This document shows positions 16,055 to 29,795 of a stretch of DNA of 64,000 bases, piece by piece. Each line of letters opens with the position of its first letter. Position 1 is the first letter of the stretch. The notes beneath the pieces were generated by a model, which was given only the letters and a program-made list of their open reading frames with translations, searched no databases and was not told the origin of the DNA. This stretch comes from Malacoraja senta. Its lineage: Eukaryota. The stretch is taken from NCBI GenBank assembly GCA_038087875.1, contig JAXLNO010000051.1, positions 186,001 to 250,000 of the forward strand. The letters are read 5' to 3'. The position numbers and the translations under genes are program-made.

Positions 16055-18289
16055 GAAGCCGAAGCAAAGAAGTCGAAGCCAAAGAACCGAATGGAAAGGA
16101 GGCCGAAACGTCAACAAACCGAAAGAACCCGAAGAAGAAACGCCTACTAACCGAAAGGACGGGACGCCTAAATGCAAACTAACCGAAAGGGCGGGATGCC
16201 TAAAAGCCAACGAACCGAAAAGCTGCGTCGCCTAAAAGCAAACTTACCGAATGGCCGCTCTGACAAAACGCCACCTACCCGAAAGGCGGCGTCGCCAACA
16301 AGCCTAAATACCGACTGCCGCTCAACAGAAAAATCCAATAACGGACATGACGTTGCCGGGGGCGGGACTTGTCAGCGATTTGTCCAGACCCCCGCTTCCA
16401 TCACATCACTGTGAAGGCATGAACATTGTCCCAAACCTCCGCTCGACCCGACCCGCAGCCCACGGGGAGTGGCCGTGGGAGCGTGGCGGCTGTTCCGAGG
16501 AATGCACACATTCGGCCGCTTTCAACTTGGTGCTTGGGTTCAGATTGCCCAGTCACCTATGGCTTGTGTGCGAAAATGAACCCCGCGCTCCCGTCTCCCC
16601 TTCTCTCTCCACCTCTTCTCTCTCTCCCTTCTCTCTCTCCCTTCTCTCTCTCCCTTCTCTCTCCTCCTCTCTCTAACCCTCTTCTCTCTCCTCTCTCTCT
16701 CCTCTTCTCTCTCTACTCTTCTCTCTCTCTTCTGTCTCCTCCCGCGGGAGCGTCCCACTCTCACTGACCGCGAGGCACCGCCATCGGACCCCAACCCCCA
16801 CACCAGGGTGATTCACCCCCACCGCGGGGACAGACGTTTATTTATTACCGTCTCGGTGTTTGCGGAATGCATCCAAGCTCCCACGCACAAAACAGGCAGC
16901 ATCTCTGGAGAGAAGGAATGAGTGGCGTTTCGTGCCGTGACCATTCTTCAGAGTGCGTCTGAAAGGTTTCGACCCGAAACGCCATGTTCCTGTTTCGCTG
17001 CATCACCGTTATTTTGACGATGCCCGTGTAGGACACCCAGGTGATGAAGCCACTGTTTCACGGGCGAAAAGCATGTTTTACTGGCCTAGCATGGCCGAAT
17101 ACATCAACGATAATGTAGCAGCTAATGCTCTGTGCAATAGCCTGGCGCCTCATCAACAAAAGCAACCATTTCTGCCACATCCTATCTCTGCGCTCCCATG
17201 GTCGACAGTGGCAGCTGATTTATTTGAATGGCACGGCAAGCAGTACCTGGTGCTCGTGAATTCGTATTCAGGATGGTTCGACATTGATTTTCTCAGCAGC
17301 CCCACAACCAGTGGTGTGATTTCGAAACTATCTCGTCATTTTTCCATCCACAGATCTCCAGGCAAGTTGCTGACTGACAATGGCAGTCAGTTTACCAGCC
17401 AACAATTCAGAGAGTTTGCCAGACGCTGGAATTTCCACCACATCACCAGAAGCCCTGCATATCCACAGTCTAACGGGCTGGCTGAACGGGCTGTCAGAAG
17501 TGCAAATCAACATGGAACGCTCTCATATTCGCTCTGACGTCTTCCTGGATTTACTCAACTTACGCAACATTTCCCGTGATCCTGCCCTGGGTTCATCTAC
17601 TCAACGATTATTGTAGAGGCAGACCCGTACCACGCTGCCGTAGCGGAGCACACATTAACCCCACATGTGTTTCCGCCAAAGGAGGTTCAATCCAGGTTGC
17701 AGCAAAAGCGTGACATTCAAAAGAAATGGTTCGACAAGACGAGTAAGCCACTGCCACCATTGACCAAAGGACAGGTGGTCCTCTTACAGACTGACAAAGG
17801 CCATGACCGTGTGAGGGTGGTTTCTGGTCCCGCTTCGGAGCCACGCTGGTACATTGTTAGAGCCGATGGCGGCACCTACCGACGCAACAGACAGCATCTT
17901 CTGCCTGTGAACGAGTCAATCCCTCCTCCTTATTATCCGGATCGTACAAGTTCATTTCAATCTGCATCTAGTGACCCCCGCATGCTCTTGCCAGCACAAC
18001 AATCCATGCCTGCGACAGTTCCTCTGTCTGTTCCATCTTCGCCTGCGCCACATTCTCCTGCTTCGACTCCAGGGACGTTTGTCCACTCCCCCACGGCGGT
18101 GACATCGCCTGCTCTTTCCCCAGAGAAAAATAATGGAGATAGCCTCTATCATACACGTCCCGGTCGTGTTTGCAGGCCGGTCGTGATGTATCCGAACTAT
18201 GTTTCACTTTCCACCAGTCTGTCATCGGTTTTGATATTTGCTTTGCTTAGTTATGGATATACATCGTTATTGATTCTTTAAGAGGGGGA

Positions 18290-18474
18290 TGTAGATTCGT
18301 GGCTCATGCTATGTCTTGCATTTGTAGTTACGCCCACTAGCTTGTTAGCGTCACGGTCTGCTGCATTCCGTTAGTCTTAAATTGAACTCCTAAGTGAGAA
18401 GTTGTAGTGCTTGTAACCAATAAACTCTATATAACCTGACATGGTGTAAGGCCATTGTTATTATAAGGACTACA
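18290..18474 (+). repeat. Gypsy 3' LTR (~185 bp)
   Basis: Begins TGTAG directly after the PPT, ends CTACA, AATAAA at ~18419. Confidence 0.78.
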
Positions 18475-18484
18475 AATCAACAAT

Positions 18485-20328
18485 CTCGAACTCGTTCTCT
18501 CTCTCTCTCTCTCTCTCGAACTCGAACTCGAACTCGCACTCGTACTCGTATTCATTCATTCATTCATTCAACTCGAACTCGAACTCTATCGCGAACTCCA
18601 TCTAGAACTCGATCTCTATCTCGAACTCGAAATCTATCTCGAATCTATCTCGAACTCCCTCTCCAACTCGAACTCGGATCTGGAACTTGATCTCGAACTA
18701 TATATCGAACTCAGTCGAACACAACACTATCTCGAACTCCAATTCCAATTCCAACTCGAGTTGGACTTGCGGGCGGAGCACCAAGGCAAATTCCTTGTAT
18801 GTGAATATTTGACCAATAAACGTATTCATTCATTTATTCATTCATTCAACTCGAGCTCGAACTCGAATTCGAACTCGAACTCTATCTCTATCTCGAACTC
18901 GAACTCTAACTCGAACTCGAAATCTATCTCGAACTCGAACTCAAACTCGTACTCTATCTCGAACTCGAGTTGGAGTTCGACTGGCTGGCGGACCACCAAG
19001 GCAAATTCCTTGTATGTGAATACTTGGCCATAAAATTTATTCATTCATTCATTCATTCATTCATTCATTCAACTCGAACTCGAGCTCGAGCTCGAACTCG
19101 AACTTCAACTCGAACTCGAACTATCTCGAACTCGAACTCTCTCTCGAACTTTCTCTCGAAATCGAACTCGATCTCGAACTCGATCTCGAACTTGAACTCG
19201 AACTCGAACTCGCATTCTATCTCGAACTCGAATTCTCTCTCGAACTTTCTCTCGAACTCGCACTCGAATTCGAACTTGAACTCGAACTCTCTCTCGAACT
19301 CGATCTCGAACGCGATGTCGAACTCGTACTCGAACTCGAAGTCGAACAATATCTGGAGCTCGAACTCTATCTCGAACTCAAACTATCTCGAACTCGAACT
19401 ATCTCGATCTCCAACTCCAATTCCAACTCGAACTTGACCTTGAAATCTATCTCGAACTCTTTCAGGAACTCTATCTCGACCTCGAACACTATCTCGAACT
19501 CTAACTCTCTCGAACTCGATGTCGAAATCTCTCCCGAACTCGAACTCCAACTCTATCTCGAATTCGAATTCGAATTCGAACTCTATCTCGAACTCTCTCT
19601 CTCTCGAACTCGATCTCAAACTCGACCTCGAAATATCTTGAACTCGAACTCGAACTATCTTGAACTCGAACTATCTCTAGCTAAAACTCGAATTCGAACT
19701 TAATATCTCGGCCTCGAACTCTATCTCGAACTCGAATCCATCTCGAACTCTAACTCGAATTTGATCTCGAACTCGAGTTGGAGTTCGAATTACGGGCGAA
19801 GCACCGTCAAATTCTTTGTAAGTGAATACTTGGCCAATAAACTTATTCATTCATTCATTCATTCATTCATTCATTCATTTAACTTGTGCTCGAGCTCGAA
19901 CTTGAACTCGAACTCGAACTATCTCGAACTCTCTCTCGAACTCGATATCGAACTATCTCGAACTATCTCTAACGCGAACTCGAACTCTCTCTCGAACTCA
20001 ATCTCGAACTCGATCTCGAACTCGATCTCGAACGTACTCGAATTCGAACTCGAACTATATCTCGAGCTCGAACTCTATCTCGAACTCAACCTATCTCGAA
20101 CTCGAACTATCTCGAACTCCAACACCAATTCCAACTCGAACTTGAACTCGAACTCTATCTCGAACTCTTTCAGGAACTCTATCTCGACCTCGAACACTAT
20201 CTCGAACTCTAACTCGCTCGAACTCGATGTTGAAATCTCTCCAGAACTCGAACTCGAACTCTATCTCGAAGTCGAATTCGAATTCGAACTCTATCTCGAA
20301 CTCGAATTCGAACTCGTACTCTATCTCC

Positions 20329-20381
<53 letters not shown>

Positions 20382-20391
20382 TCCCTCTCTC

Positions 20392-20465
<74 letters not shown>

Positions 20466-23400
20466 AACTCCAACTCCAACTCCAACTCGAAATTGAACTC
20501 GACCTCTATCACGAACTCGAACTCTATCTCGAACTCAAACTATCACGAACTCTCAATCGAACGCGAACTCGATCTCGGACTCGAACTGGATTTCGAACTC
20601 GAATTCGAACTCGAGCTCTATCTCGAAGTCGAACTCGAACTCGAACTCGATCTACAACTCGATCTCGGACTCGTACTCGAACTCGAACTCGAACTATATC
20701 TCGGCCTCGAAATATATCTCGAACTCGAACTCTATCTCTAACTCGAACTCGAATTTGATCTCGAACTCGAGTTGGAGTTCGAATTACGGGCGGAGCACCG
20801 TCAAATTCGTTGTATGTGAATACTTGGCCAATAAACGTATTCATTCATTCATTCATTCATTCATTGATTCATTCATTCATTCATTCATTCATTTAATTCG
20901 TACTCGAGCTCGAACTTGAACTCGAACGCGAACTCTATCTCGAACTCTATCTCGAACTATCTCGAACGCGAACTCGATCTCGAACTCGAATTCTATCTTG
21001 AACGAACTCTATCTTGAACTCGAAATCTATCTCGAACTCGAACTCAAATTCGATCTCGAACTCGAGTTGGAGTTCGAGTTACGGGCGGAGCACCAAGGCA
21101 AATTACTTGTATGTGAATACATGGCCAATAAACGTATTCATCAATTAATTCATTCATTCATTTAACTCGAACTCGAGCTCGAACTTGAACTCGAACTCGA
21201 ACTCGAACTCTATCTCGAACTCCAACTCCAACTTGAACTCGAACTCTAACTCGAACTCTGTCACGAACTCTATCTCGAACTCGAACTCTATCTCTATCTC
21301 GAACTCGAACTCGAAATCGTAATCTTATCTCGAACTCCATCTCAAACTCGAGTTCGAGTTCGACTGGCGGGCGGAGCCCCAAGGTAAATTCCTTGTATGT
21401 GAATACATAGCCAATAAACTTATTCATTCATGCATGCATTCAGTCACCTCGAACTCTCTCTCGAACTCAAACTCGAACTCTATCTCGAACTCGATCTCGA
21501 TCTCGAATTCGAACTTGAACTCTAATTCAATGTTGAACTCTAACTCTAACTCGAATTCGAACTCTACATCGAACACTCTCTCTAAAACTCGAACTTACTC
21601 TGTCTCGAACTATCTCGATCTCAAACTCGATCTCGATCTGGAACTCGAACTATCGTGAACTCGAACTTTATCTCGAACTCGAAATCAACTCGAACTCGAA
21701 CTCGAAATCGATCTCGAACTCGAGTTGGATTTCGACACGTGCGGAGCACCAAGGCAAACTCCTTGTATGTGAATACTTTGCCAATGAACTTATTCAATCA
21801 TTCAACTCGAACTCGAGCTCGAACTTGAAATCGAACTCGAACTATATCTCGAACTCGAACTCGAATTCCAACTCGAACTCTATCTCGAACTCTCTCTCTC
21901 TAACTAAAACTCGAACTCGAACTCGTACTCTATCTCGAACACGAACACTTATCTCAAACTCGAACTATCTCGAACTCTCTCTCGAACTCGAACTCTGTCT
22001 CGAACTCTATCTCGAACTATCTCGAACGCGGACTCGATCTTGAACTATCTCTAGCTAAAACTCGAATTCAAACTCGAACTCTCGACCTCGAGCTCTATCT
22101 CAAACTCGAAATCTATCTCGAACTCGAGCTCGAATTCGATCTCGAACTCGAGTTGGATTTCGTCTTACGGGCGAAACACCAAGGCAAATTCCTGTATGTG
22201 AATACTTGGCCAATATACTTATTAATTCATTCATTCATTCATTCATTCATTCATTCATCCATTCATTCATTCATTCAACTCGAATGCGAGCTCGAACTCG
22301 AACTCGAACTCGAACTCGAACTCGAACTCGAACTCGAACAAACTCGAACTCGAACTCGAACTCGAACTCGAACTCGATCTCGAAATCGAACTCTATCTCG
22401 AACTCGATTTCGGGTGTGACTTTCGGCCGGAGCACCAAGGCAAAAATCTTGTATGTGAATACTTGGACAATAAACTTATACATTCTTTCATTCATTCAAC
22501 TCGAGCTCGAACTTGAACTCGAACTATATCTCGAACTATCTCGAACTAACTCCACCTCGAACTCTCTCTCAAATTCTCTCTCGAACTCGAACTATATCTC
22601 GAACTCGAACTCTATTTCGAACTCGAATTATCTCGAGCTAAAACTCGAATTCGAACGATCTCAATCTCGAACTCGAACTCATTCTCGGAATCAAACTCTA
22701 ACTCGAAATCGAATTCCAACTACAAATCGAACGAACTCGAACTCTATCTCGAACTCGAACTCTATCTCGAACTCGAACGCTATCTCACACTCTATCTCGA
22801 ACGTGAATTCGAACGCATTCTCTATCTCGAATACCAAGGCAAATTCCTATTCATTATTCATTCATTCAACTCTAACTCGAGCTCGAACCTGAACGCGAAC
22901 TCGATCTCTATCGCACTTTATCTCGAACTCTATCGAACTTTATCTCGAACTCTATCGAAATTTATCTCGAACTCGAACTCTATCTCGAACTCGAAGTCTA
23001 CCTCGAACTCGAACTCTATCTCGAACTCTCTCTAGAACTCGAACTCGATCTCGGTCTCGATCTCGATCTCGAACTCGAATTCGAACTCTAACACTATCTA
23101 GAACTCTCTCCCAAACTCGAACGTATTCGATCTCGAACTCGTAGTCGAACTCGTACTCGAACTAGATCTCGAACTCGAACTCTATCTCGAACTCGAACCA
23201 TCTCGAACTCGAACTCAATCTTGAACTGGAACTCGAACTCCAACTCGAACTCAATCTCGAACTCGAACTATATCTCGAACTCTCACTCGAACTCGAAATC
23301 TATCTCGAACTCGAACTCTATCTCGAACTCCAACTCCAACTCCAACTTGAACTCGAAAACTAACACGACCTATATCAGGAACTCTATCTCGAACTCGAAC

Positions 23401-23940
23401 ACTATCTATCTCGAACTCGAACTCTATCTCGAACTCGAACTCGAACTCGAACTCGAGTTGGAGTTCAATTTAAGGGCGGAGCACCAAGGCAAATTCCTTT
23501 TATGTGAATACATGCCCAAAAAACGTATTCATTCATTCATTCATTCATTCATTCATTCATTCATTCATTCATTCATTCATTCATTCATTCATTCATTCAT
23601 GCATTCAGTCAACCTGAACTCAAACTCGCTCTCGAACTCAAACTCGAACTCTATCTCGATCTCGAACTCGAATTCGAACTTGAACTCGAACTCTATCTTG
23701 AATACCTATCTCTCGAACTCGAACTCTATCTCGAACTATCTCGAACTCTCTCTCGAACTCGAACTCTATCTCGAACTCTATCTTGATCTCGAACTCGAAC
23801 TTTATCTTGATCTCGACCTCGAACTATCTTGAACTCGAACTGTCTCTATCTAAAACTCGAATTCGAACGAACTATCTCGACCTCGACCTTTATCTCGAAC
23901 TCGAAATCTATCTCGAACTCGAAATTTATCTCGAACTCTA
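18485..23940 (+). repeat. Hexamer satellite in (TCGAAC)n orientation with ~11 cassettes
   Basis: GGGCGGAGCACCAAGGCAAATTCCTTGTATGTGAATACTTGGCCAATAAA-(ATTC)n variants at ~18771, 18988, 19795, 20788, 21083, 21368, 21741, 22169, 22428, 22834 (partial) and 23474. Confidence 0.95.
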
Positions 23941-26900
23941 TGTGTAGGGGTGTAAAATGAGGGTAGAAGCAATAGGTAGCAAGGTGAAAAGTAAAAGTGG
24001 CAGGCAGACAAATCCAGGGCAAAAATCAAAAAGTGCCACTTTTCAACATAATTGTATAAGGGGTAAGAGTGTTGTAAAAACAAGCCTGAAGGCTTTGTCT
24101 TAATGCAAGGAGCATTCGTAATAAGGTGGATGAGTTGATTGTGCAGATAGCTATTAATGATTATGATGTAGTTGGGATCACGGAGACATGGCTACAGGGT
24201 GGCCAAGGCTGGGAGCTGAACATCCAGGGATATTCAATATTCAGGAGGGATAGACAGAAAGGAAAAGGAGGTAGGGTAGCGTTGCTGGTTAGAGAGGAGA
24301 TTAACGCAATAGAAAGGAAGGACATTAGCTTGGAGGGTGTGGAATCGATATGGGTAGAGCTGTGAAACACTAAGGGGCAGAAAACGCTAGTGGGAGTTGT
24401 GTACAGGCAACCTAACAGTAGTAGTGGAGTTGGGGATGGCATCAAACAGGAAATTAGAAATGCGTGCAACAAAGGTAAAACAGTTATAATGGGAGACTTC
24501 AATCTACATATAGATAGGGTGAATCAAATTGGCAGGGGTGCTGAGGAAGAGGATTTCTTGGAATCTATGCGGGATAGTTTTCTAAACCAACATGTAGAGG
24601 AACCAACGAGAGAGCAGGCTATTCTAGACTGGGTATTGAGTAATGAGGAAGGGTTAGGTAGCAGTCTTGTTGTGCGTGGCCCCTTGGGCAAGAGTGACCA
24701 TAATATTGTTGAGTTCTTCATGAGGATGGAGAGTGACATAGTTAATTCAGAAACAAGGGTTCTGCACTTAAAGAAAGGTAACTTTGAGGGTATGAGACGT
24801 GAATTGGCCAAGATAGACTGGCAATTTATTCTTAAAGGGTTGACGGCGGATATGCAATGGAAGGCATTTAAAGGCTGCATGGATGAAATACAACAATTGT
24901 TCATCCCAGTTTGGAAAAAGAATAAATCAGGGAAGGTAGTGCATCCGTGGATAACAAGGGAAATCAGGGATTGTATCAAAACAAAAGATGAAGCCTACAA
25001 ATTAGCCAGAAAAAGCAGCCTACCAGAGGAATGGGAGAAATTCAGAGTCCAGCAGAGGAGGACAAAGGACTTAATTAGGAAAGGTAAAATAGATTTTGAA
25101 AGAAAACTGGCAGGGAACATAAAAACTGACTGCAAAAGTTTTTATAAATATGTGAAGAGAAAAAGATGTTAAAACAAATGTAGGTCCCTTGCAGTCAGAA
25201 ACAGGCGAATTGATCATGGGGAACAAGGACATGGCAGACCAATTGAATAACTACTTTGGGTCTGTCTTCACTAAGGAAGACATAAATAATCTGCCGGAAA
25301 TAGCAGGGGACCGGGGGTCAAATGAGATGGAGGAACTGAGTGAAATCCAGGTTAGCCGGGAAGTGGTGTTAGGTAAATTGAATGGATTAAAGGCCGATAA
25401 ATCCCCAGGGCCAGATAGGCTGCATCCCAGAGTATTTAAGGAAGTAGCCACAGAAATAGTGGATGCATTAGTGATGATTTTTTAAATCTCTTTAGATTCT
25501 GGAGTAGTTCCTGAGGATGAGAGGGTAGCTAATGTAACCCCATTTTAAAAAAGGGATGGAGAGAGAAAACGGGGAATTACAGACCAGTTAGTCTAACATC
25601 GGTGGACAAAGTCATTGGACAAAGTCAGCGTGGATTTATGAAAGGGAAATCATGTTTGGCGAATGTTATAGAATTTTTCGTGGATGTAACTAGTAGAGTG
25701 GTTAAGGGAGAACCAGTGGATGTGTTATATCTGGACTTTCAGAAGGCTTTCGACAAGGTCCCACATAAGAGATTAGTATACAAACTTAAAGCAAACTGTA
25801 TTGGGTGTTCAGTATTGATGTGGATAGAGAACTGGCTGGCAGAAAGGAAGCAAAGAGTAGGAGTAAACGGGTCCTTTTCAGAATGGCAGTCAGTGACCAG
25901 TGGTGTACCGCAAGGCTCAGTGCTGGGACCCCAGCTATTTACAATATATATTAATGATTTGGACGAGGGAATTCAATGCAACATCTCAAAGTTTGCGGAT
26001 GACACGAAGCTGGGGGGGGGCAGTGTTAGCTGTGAGGAGGATGCTAGGAGGCTGCACGGTGACTTGGATAGGTTGGGTGAGTGGGCAAATGCATGGCAGA
26101 TGCAGTATAATGTGGATAAATGTGAGGTTATCAACTTTGGTGGCAAAAACAGGATGGTAGACTATTATCTGAATGGTGGCCGATTAGGAAAAGGGGAGAT
26201 GCAACGAGACCTGGGTGACATGATACACCAGTCATTGAAAGTAGGCATGCAGGTGCAGCAGGCAGTGAAGAAAGCGAATGGTATGTTAGCATTCATAGCA
26301 AAATGATTTGAGTATAGGAGCAGGGAGGTTCTACTGCAGTTGTACAGGGTCTTGGTGAGACCACACCTGGAGTATTGCGTACAGTTTTGGTCTCCTAATC
26401 TGAGGAAAGACATTCTTGACATAGAGGGAGTACAGAGAAGGTTCCCCAGACTGATTCCTGGGATGTCAGGACTTTCATATGAAGAAAGACTGGATAGGCT
26501 TGGCTTGCACTCGCTAGAATTTAGAAGATTGAGGTGGGGTCTTAGAGAAACTTACAAAATTATTAAGGGGTTGGACAGGCTAGATGCAGGAAGATTGTTC
26601 CCGATCTTGGGGAAGTCCAGAACAAGGGGTCACAGTTTAAGGATAAGGGGAACTCTTTTAGGACAGAGATGAGAAAAACATTTTTCACACAGAGAGTGGT
26701 GAATCTGTGGAATTCTCTGCCACAGAAGGTAGTTGAGGCCAGTTCATTGGCTATATTTAAGAGAGAATTAGATGTAGCCCTTGTGGCTAAATGTATCAGG
26801 AGGTATGGAGAGAAGGCTGGTACAGGATACTGAGTTGGATGATCAGCCATGATCATATTGAATGGCGGTGCAGGCTCGAAGGGCCGAATGGCCTACTCCT

Positions 26901-26943
26901 GCACCTATTTTCTATGTTTCTTTGTTTCTATGTATGTTTCTAT
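23941..26943 (+). mobile_element. CR1-clade LINE with near-complete but disrupted ORF2 (EN+RT) and 3' UTR
   Basis: GITETWL, MGDFN, KSPGPDRLHP, YLDFQKAFDKVPH, GVPQGSVLGP, FADDTKL. Several stops and frameshifts. (TTCTATGT)-like tail. Confidence 0.95.
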
Positions 26944-27542
26944 CTCGAACTATCTCGAACGCGAACTCGATCTCGAACTGGAACTCGAAATCTATCTCGA
27001 ACTCGAACTCGAATTCGATCTCGAACTCGAGTTGGAGTTCGAGTTACGGGCGGAGCACCAAGGCAAATTCCTTGCATGTGAGTACTTGACAAATAAACGT
27101 ATTCATTCATTCATTCATTCATTCATTCATTCATTCATTCATTCATTCATTTAAGTCGAACTCGAGTTCGAACTTGAACTTGAACTCCAACTCCAACTCC
27201 AACTTGAACTCGAATTCTAACTCGAACTCTATCATGCACTTGAACTCGCACTCGAACTCGTACTCTATCTCGAACCCGGGCGGAACACCAAGGCTAATTC
27301 CTTGTATGTGAATACATGGTCAATAAACGTAATCATCCATTCATTAATGCATTCCTTCAACTCGAACTCTCTCTCGAACTCAAACTCGAACTCTAACTTG
27401 AACTCGATCTCGATCTCGACCTCGAATTCGCACTCGAACTCGTACTCTATCTCGAACACGATCTCGAACTCGAACTCGATTTCGAGATCGAATTCGAGTT
27501 CGAGTTCGAGTACGACTTGCGGGCGGAGCACCAAGCAAATTC
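26944..27542 (+). repeat. Hexamer satellite with cassettes at ~27048, 27278 and 27521 (truncated)
   Basis: Direct reading. Confidence 0.93.
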
Positions 27543-28119
27543 ATTTTTGAGGCAGCGACTCCGGTAAATCTCTTCAATGGTGGGGAGGTCGGAGCCGGTG
27601 ATGGACTGGGTAGTTGTCGAACCAGGCCATGGTGCAACCAGACAATATGTTCTCCACTTTACACCTGTAGAAGTTCAAGAGAATCCTCTTTGACATACCG
27701 AATCTCCGTAATCTTCTCAGCAAGTAGAGACGTTGATATGCTTTATTTATAATTGCATCAGTGTACTGGGTCCAGGAAAGATCTTCGGAAATATGCTAGC
27801 CCAGGAATTTGAAAATGTTAAACGGGATTGTGGAACCTCATTCTTCCTCTTCCAAAGTCCACAATCAGTTCATTGGTGTTACTGATATTGAGAGGCAGGT
27901 TATTGTGCTGGCACCATTTGGTCAATCGGTCGATCTCACTTCTTTCACGCTCATCGCCATTTGTAATTCGTCCAACAATGGTGGTTGTCGGTGAACTTGA
28001 AGATGGAGTTCGTACTGTGTCCGGCTACACAGTCATGAGTATGGAATGAGTGGAGCAGGGGGCTGAGCACGCAGCCTTGTGGTGCTCCCGTATTGATTGT
28101 TAATGAAGATGGCGTATTT

Positions 28120-29795
28120 CTACCTACTTCTTGCAAGTGAAGCAGAAACCTTTGAAGCAACAAAACAGACGCCGAGGTAAGTGGGTGTTTGTTGGAAATC
28201 CAAGCGCCTGTTGTTAACGAAGACAGCTAGCTGTCGCTTAGCTTCATTGTTGTGTAAATGGAATGCTGTTGACACTGTTTTGCCTTCGCTCAGCTTTAGA
28301 GGCCACTGTCGTAGGTATACTGCAAAAGTCCCCATGTCTTGACTCAAGGAGCTCTCGATTCTCTGCCACACTTTGTGTCTCATCAGGATGGCTAGATCGT
28401 AAGCATACCCATATTTTCCAGCGATGGTCTCTGGGAGGTAATGGATGTACACGGTGAAAAGCAGCGGAGCCAAGACAGATCCCTGTGGGACGCCATTCTT
28501 CAGTCTACTTAGCGTACTTTGCCGTCCATCACAGGTCTTAAGCACAGAGCTGCGGTTAAATATCAGCTCCATGATGTAGAGTACCATGCGCCTGACTGGC
28601 AGCACCCGAAGTAGCTTTGTAGTTAGTCCCCGGTGCTACATGGTGTCATAGGCAGCTGTCAGATCCGTAAGAACAACCCCTGCCTTCTCATTTGCCTCAA
28701 AGCAGTCCTCGATGTCTTGGGTGAGGAGGGTTACCTGGTCTGCAGTGGATCTACCTTGGCTCGTGGGGTAGTTGAGGGTCTATGATGGTCACTGTGTCAC
28801 TGGGCATTTGTCGGGTTTGGATGTAGCTCTGCCGGTCAGGCGGTTGACTGTGTGCCATGCTTTACCGCTAGAGTTGGTGAAATCGATCGGTTCAACCGTC
28901 TCAATCCAGCGTTCTTGTCGTTTCTCATCCAACGTGTGAGCAATGTAGTGCAAGTGGTTTCAGAATCCTCTTTGGTGCCAGCAGCAGTATGATCTTCGTA
29001 TAGCTGTTGACACTCATCATCCCAACATGGGATGTAATCCCTCTGGTAGCCACGGGGGCTGGTTTTCTTGCCTGCACTGATAAGCATGTTGCAGTAGGCT
29101 TGGTAGGAAGAGTCCAGGTTGGTATTGTCTGCGGGTGGAAGGCCCGAGGAGGCTGCGTTTGTAAGTTGTTGGAACTTGTCCCAGTCGGCCTTGCAGAAGT
29201 TCCACCGCTCGATGTTAGAGCAACCAGTGGTGTTGTGGTGATGAGTGATGGGCGGTGCTGTGACCCAGGGAACTTCTCCAGAACCCGGCGCGTTGGTAGC
29301 TGGTGGTTCTTTGTGTTACTGGCAAAGGCTAGGTCTGGGTTTGTACCAGTGTTCCAGCGGGCTGAATGGAAGCTCTTTGGCTCCTTTGGATCATACAGAT
29401 CCAATCTATGAGGCTGTGTCCATCACTATTCCATCTTGAGTAGCCCCGTTCAGTGTGGAGGTAGTTGACATCACCTGAGTATACACAGGGTGGGGTGAAC
29501 ACTGGTATGCATGTTGTAGCCAGACGCACTGGGGGTGGCTTGTACACATTGATGATGGTGACGCCCTGAACCTTCACTGCAAGCCATTCCAGATCTGAGT
29601 CTTCTGCAGACTGCCCTTCTATAGCACAATCCGTGTCATCTCTGATGAAAGTGGCCAGACCATATATACTACTTGGTGTGAAAGTAGCTAGTGTGAATTC
29701 AGGAATTGTGTATTTCTCGACGGTTTCGCAGTGTGTCTCCTGCAGGAGTATGACATTCGCTTAGTTGGTGTATGCTAGCTGCTCAATAATTGATA
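28120..29795 (-). mobile_element. Decayed APE-RT non-LTR element, probably Vingi/Ingi-like
   Basis: LLQETH, IINVYKPP, SFHSARWNTGTNPDLAF, FPGSQHRPS, LKNGVPQGSVLAPLLF, KTVSTAFHLHN. Clade assigned from motif recall. Confidence 0.65.

Larger units (their letters stand above)
12115..18474 (+). mobile_element. Decayed Ty3/Gypsy LTR retrotransposon, right-arm copy
   Basis: ORF fragments 12263-12670, 12839-13261 (RT), 13460-13879 (RNase H), 16953-17537 (IN) and 17667-18281. PPT agaggggga precedes the LTR. Confidence 0.93.

Noticed and set aside
18441..18450. TGGTGT after ...CA as a primer-binding site
   Set aside because: It lies downstream of pol and inside the TGTAG...CTACA-bounded LTR, so it is not at a 5' LTR boundary.
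19761..20741. Long ORFs such as SNSNS/ELELE/RTRTR with a recurring RAEHQGKFLVCEYLANK peptide
   Set aside because: These are translation artefacts of a stop-poor hexamer satellite. The recurring peptide is the cassette, and its frame is not preserved between copies.
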